This document shows positions 25,501 through 38,313 of a DNA stretch of 64,000 nt, piece after piece. Made by a program: the position numbers and the translations under genes. This stretch comes from Balanoglossus misakiensis (Eukaryota > Animalia > Hemichordata). The DNA lies in the NCBI GenBank assembly GCA_040954595.2, contig CM082580.2:9650390-9714389 (forward strand), in the 5' to 3' direction. Each line of letters begins with the position of its first letter. The first letter of the stretch is position 1. Below the pieces are notes generated by a model. It was not told where the DNA came from. It made no database searches and worked only from the letters and a program-made list of their open reading frames with translations.

Positions 25501-26659
25501 AGCGTTATTTTTAACAAACATTCAATGTTTAACTTTGTTTAACGCACATTTAGTGTCGCGATCAATATTTCAACAATAACGTTCTAGATGATTTAAAACA
25601 AAATGGCGTAGTAGGTCACATGACCTGCCAAGAAGTATAATACGCATATTCGGCCGTTGTAAAGCAGTGATGAAATGAAGTAGCGCATTTTTAGAACATT
25701 GAGAAGGCAAGAGAAATTAATACATTAATTTTGCAAGCAATCGTAAATTCGAAGGTATTATATTCAGCAACATTTGCAACAAGAATAGGAATTTAAGTAT
25801 ATGTATAAAACGTTGGACCCACGGATCATTGCATATCTATTGGTGCACATTTGCTTGCATTTCAACTCCTTCGGACAAAATTATAGAGTTTAGACCATGC
25901 ATATAAAGAGTCAGAGAAATTGTACAAATCGGCCACGTAGAGCCCGCGTGAACCATTTACCGGTTGTACACGGATGGTGTCACGAGCGGAAATAGCTTAC
26001 TTTGCAGGAGGAAGTGTTCGCGCTCCCCGGCGAAACGAAACAACGTCAATCGGAAGTGAGCGCGACCTATGCTGAAGTATTTCGCTGTGCGGATCGCTCT
26101 ACCACAACTATATCACAATTCATAGTCATCGCGGATCACGCAGTTAGATAATACACCAGTTCTCGCAGCGATCACTGCGTGTAATTCACTTCTCCGAGCG
26201 AATGACGTAGGCCTACTCCTTGTCCGTAACACATGTCTGAGTATGGCGTTATACACGTTATGGACAATTCTATATCGATTCAACGCCACGCTGCATGATT
26301 CGTAAACACGTTTTGTTCGCCAAATCGATTGATAGCTTTCTCAATTACCTGGACCCCGGGCACAGAGCGCTTTTATCGCGTACCTTTGACGGACCTGTCG
26401 TAAACGTAGCTGACACATGCATCCCTCATCTCCGTCACGTACACCGAGAAAACTAGTTTAAGTCACTATATTCTATTTTAGTCCATGGGCCAGGACCCGA
26501 TTTTTCATGAATTGGTATCAGAAAGATGGACAAAGCCTCATGTGGTTTTTTGGAAAGGCCTATATCTCTAGATTATAAATTGGGGTGATAGCCCTGCCTA
26601 TCGAGTAGCTTTCTGCATTTTTTCCCTCAAAAACTAATGTAAGAACATAAAAATTTCCG

Positions 26660-27765
26660 ACCCAAATTTTGGGGGTAGGGGAACTTTAAATTGCTGTATC
26701 TCCAGCAAAACTAAAGCCAGAACAGTCATTTACCACTCAAATTGTGTGTTTTTTAGAACTCTACCAATATAATATATTTTGGTGGCAATTCGTTTTGAAT
26801 TGAGGTCAATAGAGGTCAAAAGGTCATGAAATTTGGGTCATTCTGAAAATTTGTAGTATGACTATTTCTTGAACGATAGTTTTGAACTTAAGTCTTTAAA
26901 TGTCATTCAGAAGATAAAATACTCTCCCAGAATGTATTTCAAACCAATAGAAAATCTTATTATTCATTTATGACCAGAAAAACACAAATAAGGAGAAACG
27001 ACAGAAAGGCATCCAATTTTCCACTCAGATTTAAGGGTAGGGGTAACTTAAGTTCTTGTAACTCCGGCAAAAATAAACCCAGAACAGTCATCTACCACTC
27101 AAATTGTGTGTTTTTTAGAACTCTACCAATATAATATATTTTTGGTGGTAATTCGTTTTGAATTAAGACCAATAGAGGTCAAAAGGTCATGAAATTTGGG
27201 TCATTCTGAACATTTGTAGTATGACTATTTCTTGAACGATTTTTTTGAACTTATAAGTCTTTAAATGTCATTTAGAAGATACAATACACTCCCAGAATCT
27301 ATTTAAAACCAATAAAAAACCCTATTATTCAATTACGATCAGAAAAACACAAATACAGAGATACGGAAGAATGGCACAAGACTTCAGACCCTGATATTGG
27401 GGTAGGGGAAACTTAAGTAGTTGTAACTCCGGCAAAAATAAAGCCAGAAAAGTCATCTACCTCTCAAATTGTGTGTTTTTTAGCACTCTAGCGATTGTTT
27501 ATGTATTTGTTGCAATTTTGTTCTGAATTTAGGTCAAAGAGGTCAAAAGATCACAAGATTTGGGTAATTTCGAAAAATTATGGTACGAACATTTCCCGCA
27601 TTAATTTTTTAAACCCAAGTCTTCAAATGTCATTTATGAGATAAAATACTCTGCACCATTTTTTTCCCGAACCAATTGAAGATCTTGTTATTCAATTACA
27701 ATCAGAAAAAATTAGTAGAGAAACGGGATAATAACAAACAATTTCCCACGGATTTTGGGGTAGGT
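26660..27765 (+). repeat. Subterminal tandem repeat, ~362-365-bp unit x3 (left arm)
   Basis: Anchor tacc(a/t)ctcaaattgtgtgtttttt at 26731, 27093 and 27458; gggtagg anchors at ~26673, ~27035, ~27400 and ~27758. Confidence 0.9.
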
Positions 27766-28082
27766 TTGGCCATCTAACAGGTAAGTATACACCCAACTGA
27801 TCATGCACATATGGTGTTTAGGAGAACGGATGTGCAGATTTGTGAACCTTTGCATGCTGCTCATGTGCACTGTACTTGTATGATGATTCCTAACAATACT
27901 ACGAGCTGGGGCCATTATAGCATTGTAGCTCTGATTGTGTATTATTGTTGGATACCATTCTACAGTGTACAGGCACAGCAGATGACAAGCCAAGCAAAGG
28001 TTAAAAAATCTGCTTATATTTTTTCCTCAACACAATATGAGCATGATTTATTTATATTCAGGTCCAGTATAATAAATAAAAA

Positions 28083-28656
28083 ATGGCAAGCCCATCTTCT
28101 ATTCCACACAAGAGGGCTCGACGGGATTGTTTTCTCGACTGTCATGAATCCGACCATAAAGCAAGCCTCGTTACTCTACAAGATCACACCTCCTGGATAA
28201 CTTTGCTGAATACAGCTAACATACAAAAATACAAACCAATTCAGGACCTCGCCATTGGTTTGGGCGAAGGTGAAATTCCTCAGGTGCAGTACCATCGGAA
28301 ATGCCGAAGTCTCTTTACGATGAAAAAGGCTCTTGAATCTATCCTTTCTAAAGAGCAGTCGTCATCAACTGAGGGAACCAATACACTGGAACGTAAAAAA
28401 GAGGTCGAGCATACAAGGGTGTCGGTGTGATCACATTTGCCTATTTTGCTCCACCACCAAGTACATGAAGGGAAGTAGGACAAGAGCTCCTTTAGTTCGT
28501 TGTCAGCAATTGCGTACGGACAACACATTTAGGGAGGCAGCACCAAGAAAAATGACAGTAAAATTCGTGCACTTCTCAGTTTTGAGTTGGTTGCTGCTGA
28601 GGGTCACTATCTTAGTAAGTGTTATATGGACTATACAAGGCCTGATATTCAAGCAG
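28083..28656 (+). pseudogene. Decayed Academ-like transposase N-terminal fragment (left-arm copy)
   Basis: ATG at 28083 follows a candidate 5'UTR intron (27781-28061). MASPSS..QYHRKCRSLFTMKKALES.. then a frameshifted LFCSTTKYMKGSRTRAPLVRCQQLR; truncated at the arm junction. Confidence 0.7.
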
Positions 28657-28659
28657 CGT

Positions 28660-29567
28660 AAGCAGGATTAGAGCAGATGTGGTGATGATACTTTCATGTG
28701 ATTGTTTTTCTGCTGCAAGAAGTTCTTTTCTTACAGCATTGTACTTCAGGTCAACAGTACCTATATCTAGTGATGACGGATATACAAGCACCCTACCATT
28801 TACATCATTCAAAAAAAATCAATGTCCCTTTGAATTCCGTATTCAGCGTATGCTGCAAGTTTTGTTGGTGGAATTGTTAACCTGTTTAACACCAAGTTGG
28901 AGCATTTTGGTAACTAACTTGTTTGATAGATCAGTCAGGGGAACTACCTCAGGGTTTGTGAACAAATCATTTCTGATAAAAGAAAATAACTCTTCTTGAG
29001 CAATTTGCAGGACATCCTCATAACTAGTATCTTGATCATGTTGACTTTCATCAACCTCCATATGACTTGAACCTGCTTGAATATCAGGCCTTGTATAGTC
29101 CCTATAACACTTTCTATGATAGTGACCCTCAGCAGCAACCAACTCACGACTGAGAAGTGCACGAATTTTACTGTCATTTTTCTTGTTGCTGCCTCCCTAA
29201 ATGTGTTGTCCGTACGCAATTGCTGACAACGAACTAAAGGAGCTCTTGTCCTACTTCCCTTCATGTACTTGGTGGTGGAGCAAAATAGGAAAATGTGATC
29301 ACACCGACACCCTTGTATGCTCGACCTCTTTTTTACGTTCCAGTGTATTGGTTCCCTCAGTTGATGACGACTGCTCTTTAGAAAGGATAGATTCAAGAGC
29401 CTTTTTCATCGTAAAGAGACTTCGGCATTTCCGATGGTACTGCACCTGAGGAATTTCACCTTCGCCCAAACCAATGGCGAGGTCCTGAATTGGTTTGTAT
29501 TTTTGTATGTTAGCTGTATTCAGCAAAGTTATCCAGGAGGCGTGATCTTGTAGAGTGACGAGGCCAT
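28660..29567 (-). pseudogene. Decayed Academ-like transposase N-terminal fragment (right arm plus spacer; longer copy)
   Basis: ORFs 29299..29526, 28944..29396, 28843..29142 and 28612..28812 are successive frameshifted pieces: QYHRKCRSLFT, FCSTTKYMKGSRTR, VAAEGHYHRKCYRDYT..LFSFIRNDLF, GRVLVYPSSL..IITTSALIL. Confidence 0.75.
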
Positions 29568-29884
29568 TTTTTTATTTATTATACTGGACCTGAATATAAA
29601 TAGATCATGCTCATATTGTGTTGAGGAAAAAAAATAAGCAGATTTTTGAACCTTTGCTTGGCTTGTCATCTGCTGTGCCTGTACACTGTAGGATGGTATC
29701 CAACAATAATACACAATCAGAGCTACAATGCTATAATGGCCCCTTCTCGTAGTATTGTTAGGAATCATCATACAAGTACAGTGCACATGAGCAGCATGCA
29801 AAGGTTCACAAATTTGCACATCCGTTCTCCTAAATACCATATGTGCATGATCAGTTGGGTGTATACTTACCTGTTAGATGGCAA

Positions 29885-30985
29885 AACCTACCCCAAAATC
29901 CGTGGGAAATTGTTTGTTATTATCCCGTTTCTCTACTAATTTTTTTTCTGATTGTAATTGAATAATAAGGTCTTCAATTGGTCTGAAAAAAAATCGTGTA
30001 GAGTATTTTATCTCATAAATGACATTTGAAGACTTGGGTTTAAAAAATTAATGCGGGAAATGTTCGTACCATAATTTTTCGAAATTACCCAAATCTTGTG
30101 ATCTTTTGACCTCTTTGACCTAAATTCAAAACAAAATTGCAACAAATACATATACAATCGCTAGAGTGGTAAAAAACACACAATTTGAGAGGTAGATGAC
30201 TTTTCTGGCTTTATTTTTGCCGGAGTTACAACTACTTAAGTTTCCCCTACCCCAATATCAGGGTCTGAAGTCTTGTGCCATTCTGCCGTATCTCTGTATT
30301 TGTGTTTTTCTGATCGTAATTGAATAATAGGGTTTTTTATTGGTTTGAAATAGATTCTGGGAGAGTATTTTATCTTCTAAATGACATTTAAAGACTTATA
30401 AGTTCAAAAAAATCGTTCAAGAAATAGTCATACTACAAATGTTCAGAATGACCCAAATTTCATGACCTTTTGACCTCTATTGACCTTAATTCAAAACGAA
30501 TTACCACCAAAATATATTATATTGGTAGAGTTCTAAAAAAACCACAATTTGAGTGGTAGATGACTGTTCTGGGTTTATTTTTGCCGGAGTTACAAGAACT
30601 TAAGTTTCCCCTACCCTTAAATCTGAGTGGAAAATTGGATGTCTTTCTGTCGTTTCTCTTTATTTGTGTTTTTCTGGTCATAAATGAATAATAAGGTTTT
30701 CTATTGGTTTGAAATAGATTCTGGGAAAGTATTTTATCTTGTAAATGACATTTGAAGACTTAAGTTAAAAAAAATCGTTCAAGAAATAGTCATACTACAA
30801 ATTTTCAGAATGACCCAAATTTCATGACCTTTTGACCTCTATTGACCTCAATTCAAAACGAATTGCCACCAAAATATATTATATTGGTAGAGTTCTAAAA
30901 AACACACAATTTGAGTGGTAAATGACTGTTCTGGCTTTAGTTTTGCTGGAGTTACAGCAATTTAAAGTTCCCCTACCCCCAAAAT
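29885..30985 (-). repeat. Subterminal tandem repeat, ~364-bp unit x3 (right arm, mirror of the left)
   Basis: cacaatttgag(t/a)ggta anchors at ~30179, ~30543 and ~30905. Confidence 0.9.
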
Positions 30986-33900
30986 TTGGGTCGGAAATTT
31001 TTATGTTCTTACATTAGTTTTTGAGGGAAAAAATGCAGAAAGCTACTCGATAGGCAGGGCTATCACCCCAATTTATAATCTAGAGATATAGGCCTTTCCA
31101 AAAAACCATGTGAGGCTTTGTCCATCTTTCTGATACCAAATTCCTGTCTGGCCCATGGACTATTTGTGAATTGGCTTAGTGGTGTTCCACTGTCATCTGT
31201 ATATAAGAAATTCTACTAACAGCGTACTAGACGGATATGATGACAATATTATCTGTAATCGAAATACTCGTATGTAGATACATGTGTACCTGATAAAAAA
31301 TTTAAACGCGTATGGACGTACGTACGTATGGACGTACTTATGTATGGATTGTGCTGCAACAATCAAACATAAAATTGCCGACGCTTTTCACAAGGTTTCC
31401 AAGTATTTCAATGAAGTCAAGCGCTGTCCATGTTCTTTTGTGTGGGTTCGGTACACCGATGGCTGCATACGACTGTTTGTGCATACGGACAGTTTTTTCT
31501 TTTAATGAAGTCTTACGTTTTGTAAAGTCACGTCGCGAGTTTTTTTAACTTTGCACTAAGGCTGATGGATAGTACATACGGGAATATCAATTTCTTGTTC
31601 ATAAAGACTATAACACATTATGTAGTTTGCCATCCCTATAGGTTGACACACACGCACCTCTCGCATGGACTTGGCTATGTGATATAATACATTGTACCGT
31701 GTGTTTGTCGTATCTCTAACTTATATTTAGACATAGAGAAATGCTCGGTTGTTCTCGTTCTGTTGGTGTCAGCAGGAGACGACGGCAACAGAACGAGAAC
31801 GGCGAACAGTCACAACAAAGGTCAGGCAAAGACCAAACCTATCACCACGCTTGATTTCCAACAGAGTGGAAGTTGTTGCTCGCTTTCAATTTCATGGATA
31901 AAGCTGTCGACTGTTTACGCTTCACCCAATGCACATGTATTTTGATCCGTCAATTTACAGTACAGCACCGTGTACGACATCTTCAGCTTATTTCAACCAT
32001 ATAGCATGACCAATAATATTGTAAGATGTCACATATTTTAGATGTGTCTTGCGTATAATTTCCACATCACATAGATGCGTCCACGCTTTTCTGCATAGGT
32101 GGTGTGCAAAGGATAATAAATGAATTTATCCGAGAAAAACAATACTGTTTAGACCAAAAATTCCGCCACTGTTTACACTTCAAAGCGTATCGTATCACGT
32201 ACTGGGACATTCCTCGAGGGCTTGAGGAAATAAGTGTCTACACGATAAACAAGATGTTTCACTACTATTATCCTCATTGGGAATTTTCTTCAAACGCGCG
32301 TTCCGCAATCCAGGGAGGAATTTTCCATTAAAACTCTGAGATCGCCGCAATGGTATTGGAAAGTGTTCACTAAATCCATTTAGACTTAAATATTTAATAG
32401 AATTCCTCCCATTCAGTATTTTCGATAATGGCGACATGTTTCAAAGTTAATCTAAACAATTTGGCCTGTTCAGTTATCGGGTCAGGCCATAGTAAATAAA
32501 TCCTATGGTTAGCATCCCCGCGGGTTTTCTTTTGGGATTTTTGAAACACACATGTGCAGAAAGCATGGATCCGTCGGTAAATGTTGTCTTCATTTACGTA
32601 AAACAAGATGGCGACTTCGAATCGGATCCAATTATCAAGCAAACGACAGCACGGCAACTCCTGAAACAGGTACGGACGTTGCCCATATCAAATTGACACT
32701 GTATTTTTACTCTGTTAAAGACAACGCTGATGTTAATTCATGGTGTTACATGAGGGATAACCGCATTTAACTTGTGTCTACAGTCTACTGGAAATTGCAA
32801 CGTAAAGCGAATACTAAAAGGGCTGACGACGTGATTTCATCCCAAGTTTCTCACCCAGAGAAATGACACAAATGGCGGGGGCACAACCACCTCAAGGCGA
32901 CTAGCAACAAAGTTGTACAAATGACATTATCTGGACACAGTGCGCTCGATAGAAAACGCAATAATAACGTTAATGCTCTCTGACAGACAGGAGCCGGAAA
33001 CTCAGAAAATGCCAGTCACGTTTTATGTGAGATCAAAGCTTGACTGTTGGTATTTGTCCTTCCAAGTATGAGCGAATAGCGTGAAATAAAAAAAATGACC
33101 GAGCTATTAACCAGGCAAAACGCTTCAAACTCAATCATCCAATCCGGTATGATTGCGTGGGAAGGCTTGTTCGAGTTGTTTAGAGATGAACACGCCCTCT
33201 ACCTTAAACTATGGTCGTCATGTCTTGGTGTACCTCGTTTTCTACGCACCACGTGTTTTTTACTATAGTGATGTTTCCACATCAGAACATGTCTGTACTG
33301 TACACCACTGTTAAAGAAGGACTGTGTCTCGACCACAGACAAGAGACGCGTCCATGTCACAACGCGTGACTGCCGCCCCTGTTGAGGGCGCGCACTTTTG
33401 CGTATGGACAGGGGGAGGGGGGGGGAGAAATCTCGGCGTCGGGCCTGACACGTGACGGTGGGGGCGACAAATGTGTCATACAGGGTACGCTGACAAAAGT
33501 AAGAAATACGAGTATTAGGACAGGATGATTGAATGTGTAAACCCGCATCAGCCTAGACGACCGCTTGATGGATGACTCGCGCATACAAAGTTAGTTGCCC
33601 CGTTGCATCAGACACGATGCCTACTCGCAATCGTTGTCGATGAGGTTACACAATTACAGAACAGTTTGAGGTCAGGATGTTTTCAAAATGCAAAACGGAC
33701 AGGACAAAACACTTTTGTTGAGTATAACACATGGTACGCGAGAGCTGATAGTTGCATTTCTTGAACAAGAAACTGTAGTCAGTGAGTAAATACAAAACAA
33801 TACAGAAAAATTGTTGGCTATTTCCGATTTGAATAGACCCATTTAGTGTGGCAACTACGAAATTCTTTCATTGCAACTTGGACGGAGAAAATCGATCTGT

Positions 33901-36900
33901 GGCCGTCCCTTCAAGAAATAACTTCAAGTTCCTTCACTGACTACTAAAGATACTTTTGGACATTCTATTCGTGGTTTAAGGGCACAATGAATTAGTGCAC
34001 TCGTATTGTGCTACTTTAATTTCCAATGAAAGTAGTGTACGCATTGATTTTATGGACTCTCCATTCAATGTCCATTGTATTTTGATAGTACACGACCGGG
34101 TCAAGGTGCATGCAGCGGCTATATTGTTTAAAAAACAAAACTGTAAAATCACAGAAGACAATGGTCAAGTAATGGCATTCAAACAAGAGATGAATCACGC
34201 GACTTTACAATAAAATAAAGCTGATACACGAGTTTGGGAAAATTCCGTCCGTTCTATGACTCGGACCCTACCAGGACATAAACAGCGACAATATTTATTT
34301 TGACATGTTGACCCCGGACGCACTGGCACAAGACGGAATGGCCCATAAAGCAGAATGAGAAATGGGCGTTCTTGACTTCTTCTGGCCGCCGGGTTGAGCT
34401 TGAGGAGACAAAGAATAAGACATCTGTACCCCATATTATGGGTGCTATGAATTTCTCTTTCAGTAAAAGTAACAATCCGGTTAAGACCTTTACAGTTTTG
34501 AATTTCTTGCTCTGGGCATGGCGGTTTCCCAAATACTCTGGGCAATGTTCACGGTGCGAACTATTGTATTGGTGGTAACGAGATGCCTGGCCTGAGGCTC
34601 TGACGTCAAAAAAACCCCGCCAAGGTCACTATGATGAGGAATAGAACAGGTAGACCCACGTGGCATCTTCGATTGCTGCATGGCCAGGAGGGACGATAGA
34701 TTGGCTTTGTCGTGACAAAAGCGTATACCTTGTCAGTGATCCCAAGTGAAAGTGTACCCCATCCTGATAGTTAAAAACCATTTTTTTCCTGTTGACTATG
34801 GTAAAACGATGATGAACGTCCGCTGCTGCAGATAGCCTTCGCGGCCTTGCCACTCGGGCCCTCCGATAAGTTTCGAATGGCGGAATCGCCATTTCTGTTG
34901 GGACTATAAAGGAATCGTTAAAGTTTTACGTCATACTTGTGTACTGATTCATCATCATCGTTGCCAGGACAAACAGGAGAATTAAGGGAAAATGTAGTGT
35001 AAACAGGATTCTTCTTCCCGAGTGGTGTGGGCGTGTTTGCCTCTTACAGCACATGCGCACGAATCGGTAATACTATTTTCTATGCGATTGGCCCCGATTT
35101 GGTTTCATTCATGTTGTCTGTTCCGACGCTGTCACTTCGCATCCCCGAGAAAGTTGTCCGTCAGCTGCTCGTTAGGTTTTTGCCGCAGATGGAAAATCAT
35201 AGCTGAATCCAAGCGGCTGGAACTTGGGTGAGTGTGCGTGCTATATTGCTATATTGGGGACATTTCAGCAGGACTGCGGGCATTGTCGTAAACTTCAATA
35301 GGTGAATGTGCGAAGAGAGAAGCGACTGTGCATTAATTTACAGGTCAAAGCACGGCCATCTCTGCCACGCTGATCGCGAAGCGGCGTTCTGCTAAATGCA
35401 CTCCGCTCCGGGTAACTGGATCTGCGTGGCGTTAAATGGTACGTGTAATACTGCCTCGCACAGGCTGATAGACTTTCACACAAACACCAGTTTCAGCGTT
35501 TCGACGAAAGTGCGATGCACGGCGGCCTGTAGGATATAGGTGAACATATCAACAACAAAACCCGAGAAACACTGCGGCAGTTTCCCCCCACGAATCAATG
35601 CCAAATTACAGACGTCACTCGTCAGTGAAATTGACAACATTATTAGATCGATTACCGTCCACCGGACAAGTATGAACAGCGCGGCGAGCCCGTCAATCGA
35701 TACACAACAAGATGTGGGGGAGACGCAAATCGCATCAGTTTCGTTCGGGTTGTAAAATCACTGGTTGTTTTTTGTTCAGTTCATCTATCCGTGGATGTAC
35801 TGTTATTGTACGTCCGTGATCTGTCACCAGATTTTCTCAAACTAAACATGTCTGATGAGCTCTCTTCAGCGGCGCCGATGAAAATTTAAAGACCTGCTTC
35901 GGAATTATCACCTGACTTGATTTGATCTTGAAGGCGCAGATAATTTTGCAAGCCTCTCCACAATTTACGGCGTCAATCGCGACCGTTCTGCTACCGTGGG
36001 CTTGTTTCAGGTGATAATTAGACAGCGGTGGGAATCGCTCGGTGCCACACAATGGCGAGTTAGATTAAGGCGACGGTGGGCTCGACTTCACGTTGCATAA
36101 TTCACGCACCACTGACCGCAGATAATTGATGTGTACACAGTAAATTTGCGTGACTTTGTCAACCCGCTGGCGGCTACTGTAAATACGTCTGACGATGTAT
36201 TTTGACCTTGGTGCTATTTCACTTCTTATAAGGGACTGGGCGCATTGGAGGGGAAGTCGGCAGCTTTGCAATTAGCGAACTCTTGATTAAATTAAATTAA
36301 TTAAATTCATTCAACGTATCTGACGCACTGCACTGCGCGACAATCATCCACGCGCGCGGTTAGAGGCGGAAATCAAGTCCAGACGCGCAACCGTCTAATC
36401 CTGTCCCGTTGCAGCACTTCGAACGCACTGCGTGGTAGTCATGGATGCATTTACACTGCCAAGACGAATGTTACGACTTGGGATTTTCAATGATTTTTTG
36501 AACCGTTCGACAAGCACACGGAAATTATTGCGCGGCAAGGCCATCAGACGGACGCACCTGCTGCGTAGCCCATGGAGAAGGTCGAAAATTCGCCTTGTTG
36601 CTTGTTAATGCCGCCATCCTTTTTCTTCGACATCCGTATCGCGCGCAGTTGACATTCCTCAGTAGGTATTACAGGAGACGTGTCGCGTGATCGTAAAAGA
36701 TATAATATCACTTAATTAGTTGTTTTTTCTCTGGGTAACATTAGTGGCTAACCCATGAATTCCACGGCCCTAGTATATCGCCCCGCCGCGATTTACACGA
36801 CCGTAATGGTTTTTAAGAGCGGTTTCAATGGACAGATCATCCACACGTTCACGTGGTCATGTCATACGTAATATTAATAATATTAATTTACAGCAAAGTA

Positions 36901-38313
36901 AGAGACGCGTTGGCTTGTGACGTAAGCCTCAGTGGTATTGGCTCATTTCTATTCCACCTCAGTGATAGCAGGAGATGGCAGGGCCAGGCAGGTGTGGCAA
37001 TCACACGGCGAATCTTACGCCAAGACCTCAGCATGCGCAGTATGAATCACATTTGATACTTGCGTCGCTGCTGTGATGAGCTGACCTTATGGTTAGCTGT
37101 GAATTCCCGCCTCGACGACACCTGAGAGAGAAATCTTACACCTTAATTTATCAGCCAGGGTATATTTACATCGTATTTACATGAAGGGTGACTTACAGCA
37201 TTTCAAGTTTCGCCTTGCCGTTTCAGTCCGCTGGCACTGTTTTTTAGCGAATATGTTAGTAATCTGTGTCACTCTTTTTTCTCCCGCATGGCAGAATTGT
37301 GCTGTCCATGTGCCTCAGGCGTCGGCAACGGTGCGAGGAGACGAAAAGACTGCTTCAGATATTGCAGTTGGATTTGTACGTGTAATTGAAACTCAAGCTT
37401 GCGCCCTGTCACGGTGTAAACATCATCGGTGACAGAGGCGGACGTTCACCCCGCTCCGTGATCTGATGTTATTGCTGTCGTTGCCGAGGAATAGAGTACA
37501 AGTCAGAACGCCATCACAGTCAAGGGAAGGAACGAGGGATCTTATTCAAATCTGGTTAATTTTTGAAAAAGACACCGCCAGGCCCACACTAAATTCAAGA
37601 ACTTGATGCTCTCTCGAGAGAACGAGGAAGCCCAGACTCGCTGTTCTCCGATCAGTCGAACAAACAGAGGCAGGGGCGAGGCGACGAACAGGAAAACTCA
37701 CAACTATATCACATGACAGTCAGGTGACACAACTGCGGAGTTCGAACAGGACAGAGAAGAGGTAGTGTGGTCTTTTGGCTTATTTTTACGCCTCTCGTCC
37801 ATTCGCCATAGCAATGGAGAATCCCTGCAAACAAAGATAAATACCTGCAATAACATATTGCACAGCTTGGAGAAAGCTCTCGTCTTCATTGTGTTAGTTT
37901 CATTCGGAATGGCAATGATGGACGAGTTACATTGTCAACAATGGCGGTGGTGATAATAAAGTTTCGTTACTGCATTTTTGTCACCCGGCTGACAAGCCAG
38001 CACAATTCATCTTCAAAATCGGTTTCTGATGTATTTAATGATGGCAGCTACTGTCAGTTGTGCGGCCGCGTTGACTTTTTAGAATATCCAAGGTGTGTCA
38101 ACGAAGAGAAGGAGACAAGAGAGAAATTTATGAACCCCGCCGTACCTGGAAAGGTCACAGAGTCTATTATTCTATGAATTTCTGAATTGAAGGTGACACT
38201 TCAAGTAGAAGCGTGTCATTCAAATGATTTATCTCGTCAACCTATCATTTTCCGAGGTTATGATATTGATCTTTCCTTAATTCTTGTTTCAGATTTGATG
38301 CCCGTCAGCGAAG

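Larger units (their letters stand above)
26479..31162. mobile_element. Non-autonomous fold-back DNA transposon, Academ-like, with ~2.1-kb inverted arms (26479-28656 and 29073-31162) and a 416-bp spacer
   Basis: Terminal 15-bp perfect IR TAGTCCATGGGCCAG / CTGGCCCATGGACTA. TTT flanks both ends (26476-26478, 31163-31165). Arms are reverse complements with scattered substitutions, mirrored in the ORF track. Transposase-like peptides QYHRKCRSLFT, LFCSTTKYMKGSRTR, VAAEGHYHRKCYRDYT. Confidence 0.88.

Noticed and set aside
26660-30985. CRISPR-like array interpretation of the regularly spaced repeats
   Set aside because: Units are ~364-bp homologous tandem repeats with no unique spacers, no cas genes, and a eukaryotic context.
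26479-31162. Tc1/mariner assignment via a TA target duplication
   Set aside because: The TA is equally part of the TAG..CTA inverted termini; the flanking TTT and the YHxxC-type peptides fit Academ-like elements better.
32565-32670. Possible coding exon MDPSVNVVFIYVKQDGDFESDPIIKQTTARQLLKQ with a CAG|GTACGG donor
   Set aside because: No recognisable homology and no compatible downstream exon found; left unannotated.
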